DNA of 64,000 bases from assembly GCA_022709525.1 (NCBI GenBank), contig JAKLIQ010000002.1:984-64983 (forward strand), written 5' to 3'. Positions 55,401 to 58,131 of the stretch are shown here, piece after piece (positions within the stretch are counted from its first letter, which is position 1; every line of letters begins with the position of its first letter). Made by a program: the position numbers and the translations under genes. The DNA comes from Candidatus Omnitrophota bacterium. GTDB taxonomy: Bacteria; Omnitrophota; Omnitrophia; Omnitrophales; Aquincolibacteriaceae. Under the pieces are notes generated by a model. The model saw only the letters and a program-made list of their open reading frames with translations. It made no database searches and was not told the origin of the DNA.

Positions 55401-56191
55401 AGAAGCGAATGCATGCCGGGATATTCATCGAGCGCGATATTGTGGCTGCGGCCAAGCTCGACGAGATAGCGGACGTAAGCGACCAACTCCGGTCCGCCTT
55501 CCTGGAACGCGCTGCGGCGGCGGATCAGCTCGCGCATTTCATCGGAAAAAACAAAGCGGGTTACTCCCTCGAGAGCCTTGTTCAAGCCGGCCAGGACTTT
55601 CTCGTCCCGGTCTTTGAACTGAAGCGCGTCGACATAGGCCTGACGGTTCTCCTCGTAAAGCTCCTTATCTTCGACGCCATAAAGCGTCATGACGGGCTTT
55701 TCGACGATGGCCAGATATTCGGGCCCAGTGAGGCGCCCTTCTTTCAGGAAATAATCCGCGACATTGCGCCGCGCTTCTTTGTTCGGGAAGAAAGAAAAAA
55801 GTTCCGTGTAAAGTTCGCCGGAAGCGCCCTCAAGATTGACAAGTCCGAGCTGATATTTTTCGGAAAAGTAGCGGAGGATATTGGCGATATTGCGCTGGGC
55901 TTCTTCGTTGATGTGCGCGTCCTGAACATGAAGAACGACATGGTCCCGGTTTCCTTGGAAACTCGCTTTGACCGTCCCGTAGCTTTCCGGAAGATCCGGG
56001 CGTTCGACTAACGACGCGATGGTATTAATTTGTGAGGATTGAACGGAGGCGAGATTCCCGGGTTTTGCGGCCGCGGCGTAAGCATTGGCGCCGCCATCCC
56101 AGACAACCGAAGTGAAGGTAAACACAAAAACCGTAATAAAAGCTACGGTCCGTAGCCACGGCTTAAAGCTATGTGTTTGCCAGCTGATCAT
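31421..56191 (-). CDS. Giant multidomain membrane protein (8256 aa). Architecture: signal/anchor; conserved N-domain shared with the 2815-aa paralog; SecA/SF2-like ATPase; TM cluster 1; Pro/Gly linker; long coiled coils; TM cluster 2 (20 or more helices); C-terminal coiled-coil and alpha/beta region.
   Basis: Single uninterrupted 24,771 bp ORF. ATG at 56191 with gagagga about 10 nt upstream. N-terminus MISWQTHSFKPWLRTVAFITVFVFTFTSVVW. Walker A LAVTGAGKT, then KDEADQ, MTATG and DATLTRGINV. Hydrophobic clusters at about 49130-50560 and 34430-38260. All plus-strand ORFs inside are short and antisense. Confidence 0.9.
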   Translation of the reverse strand: MISWQTHSFKPWLRTVAFITVFVFTFTSVVWDGGANAYAAAAKPGNLASVQSSQINTIASLVERPDLPESYGTVKASFQGNRDHVVLHVQDAHINEEAQRNIANILRYFSEKYQLGLVNLEGASGELYTELFSFFPNKEARRNVADYFLKEGRLTGPEYLAIVEKPVMTLYGVEDKELYEENRQAYVDALQFKDRDEKVLAGLNKALEGVTRFVFSDEMRELIRRRSAFQEGGPELVAYVRYLVELGRSHNIALDEYPGMHSLLQLVDLEKQVDFEKAEKETDELINDLKRMLSREKLSRFLTNTVHFRMKKMKRAAYYGYLEDEIKGLSVTQTGGEDLNAKYANVIAYIRYMKLYDAIDVSIFDEIEFLEKTVKSKLLTTPEQVQLDHILRIYDIYSKMFDFTLTKQDAEFFYTYQDEFKSATFVSFLKPLMQKYHFTYGLPSQVEYLDQDLPRVERFYKAALERDQVLIERAVEKTLSSGQKISAIVTGGFHTPGIEKYLREKDISYIVVAPRITKTIDKKKESALYDAALRETPLPIEQVLSEAFLQPKSPVLNDPRFQLAAWRMILSEGQTLDFSQLRMEVFYFPLVIAETLLLAQGPDRIRVFNDMEDRLSQLDGSATVEEKKALGELKKFLAKFDPKSDTTINGNPSLRIFAGNRHDIVFVLHEPNKKPEVTGVVPGRRGSIPAQDGRVVSFYLVKGSLEGASIRTRSEARAVEEAQPPMIQPVSDLVTKNHKLMEDAFGEGTFENLRDAKFKAMLLKSTDIKEKIDALRSILLDPEKPDFEPKDILFLRFAYRKDGNAIEFPTLRDKLVALANVGGRIRGDTTYSQEQKDRVLTILSQRSFEPFIKHLLLNHSAEHIEKQIWLLYENDVSLNTYTMRLSPYAVAHYAKPIKGAKQAVAEPVEEAKPATEAVKVEEAPKVEAQPTAEVAKPEEVKPVEVIDVKDHDQEVQDNDALLTENLVLQKIFNAVAAVAFRIVRGQLKAALKNLEALNKNQNILDLAVTGAGKTIIGILTTYLWLKAQAGRKVFIATNSDKNAEDGARESQKYFTQADPDEPFHVGYIVSDVKGKHAMIWNRAKGAMVEITAEDITREAAEGRYYQDPIDYIMRKADAVYARYEEFQFYAQSDGGRHFVNYEGNRGKIALIKDEADQAEVTDPSQAIISGGEADNAKLLLEAEGVAAAFARTLRKNSDAPSTERKTNRYTIDDQNAKVTLTWSAALAAGREYKKSKIQEKGITFDHWKAMVESELTAHECFIQKGQVMGSEYQGKRVFREFIVVNGEVVPFSSDERAMYGMHLQELQNPLREKAGLERQAKTKTVSRMSLAQMSKLPAIAGSVLMTATGDRALAIKYAATGQGLEVEHVDGLFKYTKEIYKPNLFVGNIKKMNEVVADVVENPDRPHLIDIDSQDAASLKAEIEAVVKARGMEGKITVEIYSDTLSADERSAVLARAGKPGHVLLIDATLTRGINVRILEQIVSPETGLVTGLTLYLTRIHTLKIIMDQLIGRVGREGTYGHVKQYYSIADLEKLSQVVSDSNRKPLLALIAKLRKNAQKDGTVQDWMPSKSYQAEEAGRIAAMKGEGWREKWWEAGSEQHPRNFERGIGLSGFESEIVAILDTILAEKMQADAQREEMDDAAYADINRFDEFVWDNAKRNELIEAAISEANAALSSPEFQRVIYGARTEIISGLKGKTPQEALEFLKSRGIKISPEKETALLASLKAAKDDTARARIVVELVFADAFIQGMNPEMLNRLIALFANTPADLSVDAAIQALILERVREVAAMSIQDTVNVLRSSYITRAEDIKAEMFRGSGIEMAVDQVRVGDYKGKMRTELDLHLGMVEASIRSIARKNIIRLEMPKLEMPKPAAPIGKAKAARILVMAGVNVAIWSGVIFGIVMKWVSVGSLSAGILKFVPAFLANSSLVAGATTLSLLTISGILVGAVAIFLGILLFKNLIMKKISAENIAQTKLKESIEGLWAPSGEKPFVQMTVDLGAYIIYSTLNLLFNVTTVALGIALFAIAIPGALGILGVSLGLTASFALIMGGIAVILAAAILGFNKALKSHYAVMGRPVKEKPILIQPDYFSFPVFTKYINIDKAAIIKTLITAGTVYAVFSIFTASGALLALLPVALILVVWYGSNVIQQRFFKAQEGSFQAAKDIYGDAPVRAGSYVGIGVGVAAWLAIALGASASMVLGTLAAVFGIFYFGSTLLQLFAQSKGATSLAKKEQTFYRDTNKWRLLARILVKGVERIGIYNAAAIAIFVAPVVGLVFKVGISGAWVTTSLQVMMTLAPALPILGMAGGVLIAFLAVNAFYAARKNKAAAIHTFGGKDLLKWVGALGGVSMFMSLGAQSAQAAPEVMRSVDAETLVRQRELGEDLAALLGTTTPEQIEQMDEAEREAFIAALTAKAGAFYQATGATPSISKEVEAKRIELLEEIQGNLPQVSTNRIELESAVRQATTLPMLQILAQRVASAVAALPIATTTVTPAAVNASSQASQAVTQAQVAEATPTQIPEKTPIKPEIPGEPTLPPTGPGGGGGGPGPTGPGGGPGGSDILPPTVPPPSGTPGIFLEKRKEETTAKKEVAGATATSGLMGGAAEMTSKSPFAVEFLPVPEDIGDALEEAKNQNLDVLIALKTYEMAMAHMRAFQLYRRWFQADLKGSWSIFTREKIITQDKTTTTTSQSINFPYAWYAGPDGSIQLGSPTYAQAGAPSTAALEGTDTTGEPVPGDAEAISLVNTETGQDEGVDLVATTTHPEEGTPAYEEHGPDIVPTGAKDPSSTGRWILSGVNSISDDTVINLPDTPPITAGVLEQRLQEILTSPGFWKAVEMSPVSPAEVATNPAYQQAFYWASYYAAQYDKIKNDFSGASLSEIMEALGKHRELIDKKLQRDHPLDPVNNPSDNWLVEYYAKVDLDPDLNVEELYEERDKSLELSLRFEVYNSIRSWLEGQFGAEEKLAKLAFKAFQNSAMGEVLGYYGQLGRLNAEIKIINARIADLQNAVKFWTNLEGVEDDLGIIRIFEAKIASAVADRGNLEKEQRDYIRRIKESLGRSQIAAFTTPLEVITLDSLRGHAERLGINDEFIDIALSEILTQLEKGAAQKRPAADVSVATPAMSADVLMIAEYYTIGSPFTVHVLQADAGWKSTNLFDAQVDDAKFEFLAQQVAQRIREFWDLQQLMTLDYANKKESLTDFRDQLALVNSTITKLEKNPEVVALLRYRKTPDEKGIMPKEAMEYLAALEKRGRLEQNIERTELAILRMELQLKTLDEVKSKILKELEDRKDKNKERFEIFKQALEKAYVSEDAFLKTDVLAQVEEAKAIAPILAERKTFENLASIVAEGSTSQLTLGQQEAGVTDVRYHVPEVLRVGLRAGYGISYGNVSSDNLNSIFEDYDWQDWEWNLSIYLRATLFNPAYFSGAYGAEQAFSREEAERQYEYRKLALIHNIETYQNVIQMLVGQLKNAQDNRDTKKVIREGILAKLEEEKADTKGNAPYYHYEIELASADESIKEMDIKIKGLEYLIAKTMLEWKSLTLGTHRSIKEAYDDAKGMPLPPKKVLTPEEEAQQPVPLYRVPLWESDEALRAAPLDPFARLLDAEGNIDLQKLQAFQRSLDNLIDKFDKAEKGLDSWWSRHFVSRDIRELEKKELKSVKAQLVEARDWLKQAQNENLSKGARLTRLGQSFFTALRAQNDYLRSKFLEYHGELFLHEEFENSRNAIAAASDAPELKAILSRFAAQWRQQSYIKILKLWKWEGGLQVGYGLKNKLSPVIPFFNGIAYGANRFLNWSKIGKPAAQVLTRRVYNILDEIERLSTDSQNLAIWQDSDLNRLEREASPLVDHFSFLVEEEKHIRNLCDAVEQWGVNIEGRIQVGELEQDANRIFDRDETTIDRYKVIRFELNEKLKKLETDRTMTEAQLRAHMVFDYELIRQEAAKKVDDRKTLDQMAREHPAVQVAFLEKELKAFEAREKTHRWSGIEIRGFLDNPVNPLSSLEAFEEERAPYDNAIVADVNPVETLLNLQGRKYRIVLKNAGEKAQIALESQLGNLNQALFDYETERIVTEALTPMEQAQVANLKQLMKSAQRLNTLTNLEDFEVSQIVRNRALAELEAEEALNRAKMQLLTVMGIRDASVYIFELSKGVESDTLSKETLSFTDELLPGMDWEEFFKNSPVMKQYQSALEIAGVERLEILSQLSTFWVRAGVIDDQDDLTIGKDLRVWGGNFREDWETKKLEQARIQFQGLKQRHSLERQYLELLDSFGTTAQEALNRQESVTMLTQAWQKAVKENQATDNEGLDSIASLTYQVQSANLAFHFAYRTHLSVVMQLARFEQQHKLSREAVSATQKAVTPLEEEFAGSLPAEPAKPAVSAPEQVSLSEFSRMKFTHTVEQIDGSRLLYPDLADDAVLLMNALNMPSDPYLQNVVGNVIGRVGDRFKRFTTANGQFSETNTQPLVAGLKFDDEKNITAGLLNPGETLDRSWGIPWRTSYAAPADVQDALVSGDPAKGKKGFDFERVGFWDYQTQFANRIYNQTSMRTTLNLLTREDAQQWVRELAASLKDAKESLDQFYRKDFLPYSINSPNEFGTIFAWAFYAKRYGKTVEEALKDDSFRGKVELMLPTFNLNKTWGSIFDANISKGDRDPDYFMGQLAYSYFRGTVDKNGTLTPYQSNATQRKEEANIQATIAALRGVGAPAEQWPLIGYIIARLRNAMKDYTPLTDDEILKYPGAYIARQAKLLLKRFDSGELNGSFDTMSAEDLLKHYPLFFQSGEGKSLRENYQKASPEERLALDKTVHDYFKKSYRAELETRYAENIEEVRIGVEIGRAMGILPTILYGSGYASYEVEEREEWMRVDVLERLVKTEQLLKIAFKINESIKWNLNEDPENRIGRLIAIAREVGLEDNTWAEFFDKEGNAVDLPLIHMLFHNILSNEGVKRINEYLINTDRSRLYTSKDLRTRQGDVIALARELALSMKKGELGKEVPKTEAKAQQQVLDEIKQILTRRETIYQAAKNNNILVKREDLKYEDEVLQELKTKLPGLTAEQYYRWVRFVLDSRNTAGENLIRELDGYLSNPSEKPFWMSLGEAKRIRNFIEGTDGIPGLKADMYSEDQAKAWLAELIRNREISATNAEVTLNDILQRTQIEMYLQAAHMLYHVGDDGMPKRLQTGDLAAYSRIVMIREGFSKEQKDGKTAREFYAQLLKLDGLFSAALEGKKLKNNPYQEIAVDYPQLLSNELTRLGIPRDKDWATQNSFQMPRDKIIGMLSRLLEMQQWDYQYAPKTPEGVLQMVYYWVQDAALIEALIYKNHDYFVPYETLDGFIKYARKGEPVIHPTLGKILEREFRTSLFFDADLRGLGEGVFPKSGETVNLDDLRAIRKMYKLIFQQDLPVDELPASDHRKPLQSLWWAEKFSQIDVMMKGAGLSFAETSAARYEFMIEMRRAYEIFLQTTFYNISTPEKLSARHKDVDADMSHFIEQWANNYIKTYLAEKARKEKFESGQLAARDVEIAKNRKALRGAREQRLDEISKRLTQGEVDYAAIHKEKIAEIKAAIEALNQMTLFKGNPIKLDLRQIKMFADQMLSQGYSAGEVVLLRGYIRPHIVAAIEKIQNVKLDLSDVSTIAKVDNWALQVLDRAGGADKLDAIYREIEAFEKLQVLEKSVSDHFNNIEKQIREQAGESFTLFDTAKTRESEITRISSDAFNKDIDQAKVDSWFDLAWELYQAHHKVNSGSRPDFFRMLYTADGLLDLGIAASVPASEWQNPEIQTVMQNTLGWIFGEKSTVNPYSFLPEGVTPQSKDARQYARNAFEGKDTLEGILYKKWKADPTLKEKMLRELLERIQFLMKRKGGLEPVDLYEFNDRLMQNYQRLINHYYQGQHEGFQQQDLPKPSLISPLTLLVLADLQNPDPAKRIGVLDILFPNYDEQGILLLDDYGNSSLAAASRRLDTQFADHYSPVSESEKTWLSKILRFDNKTRPFQRVFLLGIILAAIAFLIRAIRYLFIDPYPLFNKRDAAERQSAYARRLGDFRIALAKFVMSSLSWTNVLLFLATIQPYSVAFNPLVVFSVALLYKILYDNLSYLPTFIAPARWKGVVQAFAMGALTIVGFKLFAHVSLSAGFGTFFLAYPIALVPIAAMVLLVILTLPSVDRQGGLVEVSQVQGGHPELEESELDKIDNEIHRIYEREQGGVDVTEEKASLRRQLNIFDINDHVYQTGLNGERVPFAEEGQLVADVCPVKISSVEDDMIDAVKAAARNVLGNLLKQKRSVLLVNGPEITKYQKARTQQERREMSMDDNSNVLLESVFAELQRAMKPYWSVLSYTDEKGVYHPGSEIVVLAYLPGGRKPEHNVIKWGAFTGYGEDGTPGKRVGELSNPDEGIVYPVELGGKIFLVGPKYATEKAKAEMIASGETKDILELYLPFSSEPFFAGIATEDEPFVSYGEAVRRNLPQLGQFLPTRSETRSAEERKFKAKVIISTTADGGNYVTSGTTRYQAKAFMLRPDIGLAQGVQDYRESKTTVHYESGVFAHRSYASLQEANALVAGVDRAGGKYTARTESSAEMSKPQKGLPYGAYYTRTILLSGILFRILGQELKERGGNLTQQQLDQLMNSGNGIPTKVNGEDEIVSATWDDVKKLKQYMPTLLTRIESYKGIQERATTSTGLKKILLQLQLGIYFYFVLDLTFLGRPFPASRKALDVMPVQYWQDLANIQISNYAGKTVRMKRADEKAMGIDDRTKNLVKQDEQESKWKFINDIIALYERFIGKSFPLTHGGRFLNDFEIHGLFNKDFWAVTLIIALAQATIAGLFALGGVHAAMFQTAITLFVVCGMTFVGALLNRLNRPVQPVLSSSVERKLPKFILKIGDWFITRGLDTVKWVVKDVPIGIAEKVYTGFSLVSRVTGIYEVVQYLIVLRRFHKYGTVATANPALSQDEIQAARQYVKLEDVRRGLTVSLAFLLILGAKICFSFVSVPVIAMAGGTIGLLLGIVISSLGLYSGIIVQNIGKAAEKNQWIQKDILGEQFDGTITYKSSQLSTAYDRLGYGKRSWVAIKLYIAAFFMSFIYQPIANLVDFVNRLFGINKHLSAEHDKAEKGRFSLFDYRLHGSQLVFSLLTLTVIGFAAPFLALYIPTAWYLLASTLILGFALAPLGNFLGGYLLPQRAAQWLTWGLGVAIMGATGLVFYHWTTQHILAIIMAKIIKGSLFIAGSSQMLSDGAPPLFSAVLQGNTPAFMLPQTVLVVGMLVFSLVGFGFWLFHKLWGEPIALKRDTDENPREIERGPEPPLAPVVETVVQEQLVQIPEVEKEAQAKLMQAVEQVGKKLDALAERQKLLAEEIAKRIREGRSEVRGAKDMAGMSLEALQSELAKVNAEMSSVIRKLNETLGNIPKNEQLDAKIAALNEQNKTSQKAAEDIIAEARIAAEKEKIRKAAEATQKAREEATRPAPLPVEKVAPPVQPVKTLGDWLNRSVGISSYAVLSAEIAKVKQEHPELAAQLEEYQAIEAALMSPNPRAFSSAFAVFISNASTDDARLQYLMALMTHFRAVVNPENIPAPVQALDKKGHYVFQPSSRIKKKIQPIVFWQNIDAAEVMIREAMKNAKVSEPKTLAEIRKQFTDKLQELVDMLSQGDVFDQWPADVFVLLGAPDVRAYALFADYWLKSEKKAPIILTGGREGRGYQPLKEAAFVYYRTKDAKIEEAVKSWNTEVDIMAYILQQEGVPLSAMSREAVPSKTTLENMENTEKLVVDKTNFAKPPTVVALVTAPYLLLRAKANAQAIWNQKGRLGVMLDVTAFKTYDLKVSDLSDRELISLGVYIAGLPEEFSGQFKLNGGNEIQGLKDVIAKGQGSVKVTVPENGEEIVNEAKAEFANYLKALPRAEAILKSIARSESRTGVEPVTSLETLTFEVKEYKNLIEELSSLIADMTSARSRISSQTAESIRLSKEIAKRQQELAQAQRDLARVQSELNITKLETEIQRLNIDMDNAMVQGDEDKIAQLAPNIARLNQELDAIRLAAEIQRFESVQFESVSRAELREVEEVPEIQKKEIPDMVTEASKVPAVAGAQRAAMEAALRAVASTQAIRFQYETLPDLLASVKAEGLEAKFTMSVVDALRSQGIIVTPVADIRDRGEYLLRQEKYDSSEIQKILDKKATGVTVAVVVASEADADLAKQDFGAAIEVIVASDDALDAVVESKMAKMGIRRDENAKLSVIQLDADASSMENEAAALLEGFVVIAKVRRALKWSTRVSIDSILKASFEAAQAFAVSA
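48465..48640 (-). other. Pro/Gly-rich low-complexity linker (PTGPGGGGGGPGPTGPGGGPGG...PPTVPPPSGTPG) in the giant protein
   Basis: Read directly. Explains the antisense Gly/Pro ORF at 48465..48662. Confidence 0.6.
51700..53200 (-). other. SecA-like / SF2 DEAD-motif ATPase module within the giant protein
   Basis: Order and spacing of the motifs: LAVTGAGKTIIG (Walker A, about 53160), ALIKDEADQAEVTDPSQAIISG (about 52730; compare SecA ILIDEARTPLIISG), VLMTATGD (about 52160; compare SecA GMTGTA), HVLLIDATLTRGINV (about 51775; compare SecA ATNMAGRGTDI). Confidence 0.5.
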
Positions 56192-56219
56192 CGGATTGCC
56201 GTCCTCTCTTAAAGCTGAT

Positions 56220-56560
56220 TAATACTTTGAATGCTGTAAGGAAAAAGGTTCATAATGTAAAACTTATTTTAAATGCTTATAAACCTCAATAGAAATATAC
56301 ACAGTGACCCTCACGAAGTCAAGGAAACCTAAAAAAATTTTAATGCTGTAACCCATTATTTAAGATATGGTTATGATAATATTAAAAAAAATTTTAGATT
56401 AGTTTGACTTATTTTATATTCCTTATAGCAATATATAGCGTATTAAAAGTCGTATTTTTAAATACAAAAAAGGCCAAATCAGTAAACAATTTTATCTATT
56501 TAATAAAAAGTCTTTTGAAATCAACACTTTGAGAAAACAAAGTCGTGGGTCTGGAGAAAA
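56220..56560. promoter_or_regulatory. Extremely AT-rich (about 25% GC) upstream region of the giant gene
   Basis: Strong compositional contrast with the 55-60% GC genes. Analogous to the AT-rich block upstream of the paralog (14784-14940). Confidence 0.4.
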
Positions 56561-57080
56561 AAATTGACTAGCAATTCCCTCTTTGTTGCAGGAAAAAACA
56601 TGACTGGAATTTCCAAGCGATTTTTGAAAATTTCCGCCAGTATTTTTCGAGGACAGGCGCACCCCATTTTGAGCAGTAGTTTCTAACCCGCCCCTTGCTT
56701 CAACGAAAACCGTGTTTCGCGAACGCTTGCCATGCCCCACCGAGGCATGGCGGCACTCGAGCGTCGGCCCTCGCTAAAGAGGAAACCGTGGCACTCGGGC
56801 TTCCTTACGTCGCTTAAACACACTTTCCGTCTTCGCTCTCCTGAACAAAAGGCGGAGGGTTGAGCCCAAGGCGCGTTCGAACGACGAGCGGGCAGGGTCC
56901 TGCTTTAGCAGGGAGCGAGGAGTGAGACCGAACGAGGGAATCCACGCCGGGGATTCCCGAAGTGTTGACGAGGGCTCGAGCCCGAAGCCTTTTGAATGGC
57001 CGTCACAAAGAAGGATTGGCTCTTAAGGACCTAGGAATTAACGGATGCAGAGTCGCAGAAGCGGATGAGGCGCTCAAAAT

Positions 57081-57156
57081 TGGTGGACCTGAGGAGAGTC
57101 GAACTCCTGGCCTCTGCAATGCGAATGCAGCGCTCTACCAGCTGAGCTACAGGCCC
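57081..57156 (-). tRNA. tRNA-Ala (anticodon CGC)
   Basis: Reverse complement: GGGCCTGTAGCTCAGCTGGTAGAGCGCTGCATTCGCATTGCAGAGGCCAGGAGTTCGACTCTCCTCAGGTCCACCA. Cloverleaf with a 7 bp acceptor stem including G3:U70, D-arm GCTC/GAGC, anticodon stem CTGCA/TGCAG with loop TTCGCAT, T-arm AGGAG/CTCCT with loop TTCGACT, and an encoded CCA. Confidence 0.85.
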
Positions 57157-57193
57157 CCGATTTTGAGCAAAAAATTAGAAAGCAGGACGCGTA

Positions 57194-58111
57194 TTATACA
57201 CAATCTTCGATGATTGTCTTCAAAACATTGAACACTTTTTGCTGGTCGATTTCATTGAAGATCTCGTGATAAAAACCTTCGAAAACAAACCGCTCCTTGC
57301 GCGGCGCCACTAACCGATCGAAGAACTTGCGCGATGCCACGGGGTCCACCACCCGCTCATCCCCCGCCGAAAGCATCGCGACCGGAAAAGGCACCGAAAG
57401 GATCGGCCGTTTGCGCAGATCCTCGATCGAACGCATGATCTCGCCCGCAAGGCGGGCGGAGATAAAGCGAAGGATCAACGGATCTTGAGTGTGGGTCGCG
57501 ATCTCATCGGGTTGATGGGTTAACGTTTTGACGCGGACAGGATTCCAGAAAATAAATCGCGGAATGAACACAGCGAAAAACCAGTTCAGGATCCTAGCGA
57601 GCCACTCCGTCCGGAAATTAAAAAACGGCGCCGAAAGGACCAGCATGCGGACCGGTTCCGGATTCTTGAGAGCCCAATGGACCGCCACGAGACCCCCCAT
57701 GCTGTGACCAAAAAGAATGAATTGCTTGGGAATGCCGTGCTTGACGCGAAGATGCTCGACAAAAGCCGAAATGTCGCGGAAATAGTCCTCAAAATGATGG
57801 ATATCCCCGCGGGCGCCCTCGGAACGCCCCATGCCGCGAAAATCCATGATCGCCATTTGCGCCGGAAGGCCTTTTAAACGTTCCGAGAATTTTTGGTACC
57901 GCTCGGAATGCTCGCCATAACCGTGCAACAGGATCATCGTATGCTTGGCGCCGGGAGCAGCGAAGAACCGGTAAAAAATCCTGGTCCCGTCCCAGCTTTT
58001 AAAATAGTCCTGCGTCCAACCTTTGACGGCGGGATAGAACGAACGTGTCCCGGCTTTCCCGGAAAAGATCTGTCCGGACCCCTGATTGTCTTTTGAGCTC
58101 TGAAATGGCAT
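57194..58111 (-). CDS. Alpha/beta-fold hydrolase (lysophospholipase/monoacylglycerol-lipase-like)
   Basis: ILLHGYGEHSERY and a nucleophile elbow GHSMGG. About 305 aa from MPFQSS. The ORF-track start at 58168 would overlap the upstream ligase gene. Confidence 0.75.
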   Translation of the reverse strand: MPFQSSKDNQGSGQIFSGKAGTRSFYPAVKGWTQDYFKSWDGTRIFYRFFAAPGAKHTMILLHGYGEHSERYQKFSERLKGLPAQMAIMDFRGMGRSEGARGDIHHFEDYFRDISAFVEHLRVKHGIPKQFILFGHSMGGLVAVHWALKNPEPVRMLVLSAPFFNFRTEWLARILNWFFAVFIPRFIFWNPVRVKTLTHQPDEIATHTQDPLILRFISARLAGEIMRSIEDLRKRPILSVPFPVAMLSAGDERVVDPVASRKFFDRLVAPRKERFVFEGFYHEIFNEIDQQKVFNVLKTIIEDCV

Positions 58112-58131
58112 GTTTTTAAAAATCCAGGTAA

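Noticed and set aside
55271-56011. 246-aa plus-strand ORF inside the giant gene
   Set aside because: Antisense to the conserved N-domain of the giant protein. All other internal plus-strand ORFs are under 170 aa.
56560-57080. RNase P RNA, tmRNA or SRP RNA
   Set aside because: I checked both strands by eye for GGAAAGUCCGGGCUCC / ACAGAACCCGGCUUA (RNase P), a tRNA-like 3' end with a tag reading frame ending ..LAA (tmRNA), and GGAAGGAAGCAGC (SRP). None is present convincingly, so the call is left as an unknown structured region.
56492-57213. Small ORFs 56492..56740 (-) and 56962..57213 (+)
   Set aside because: The second overlaps the tRNA-Ala gene. Neither has an RBS or any motif. The region is better explained as noncoding structured DNA or RNA.
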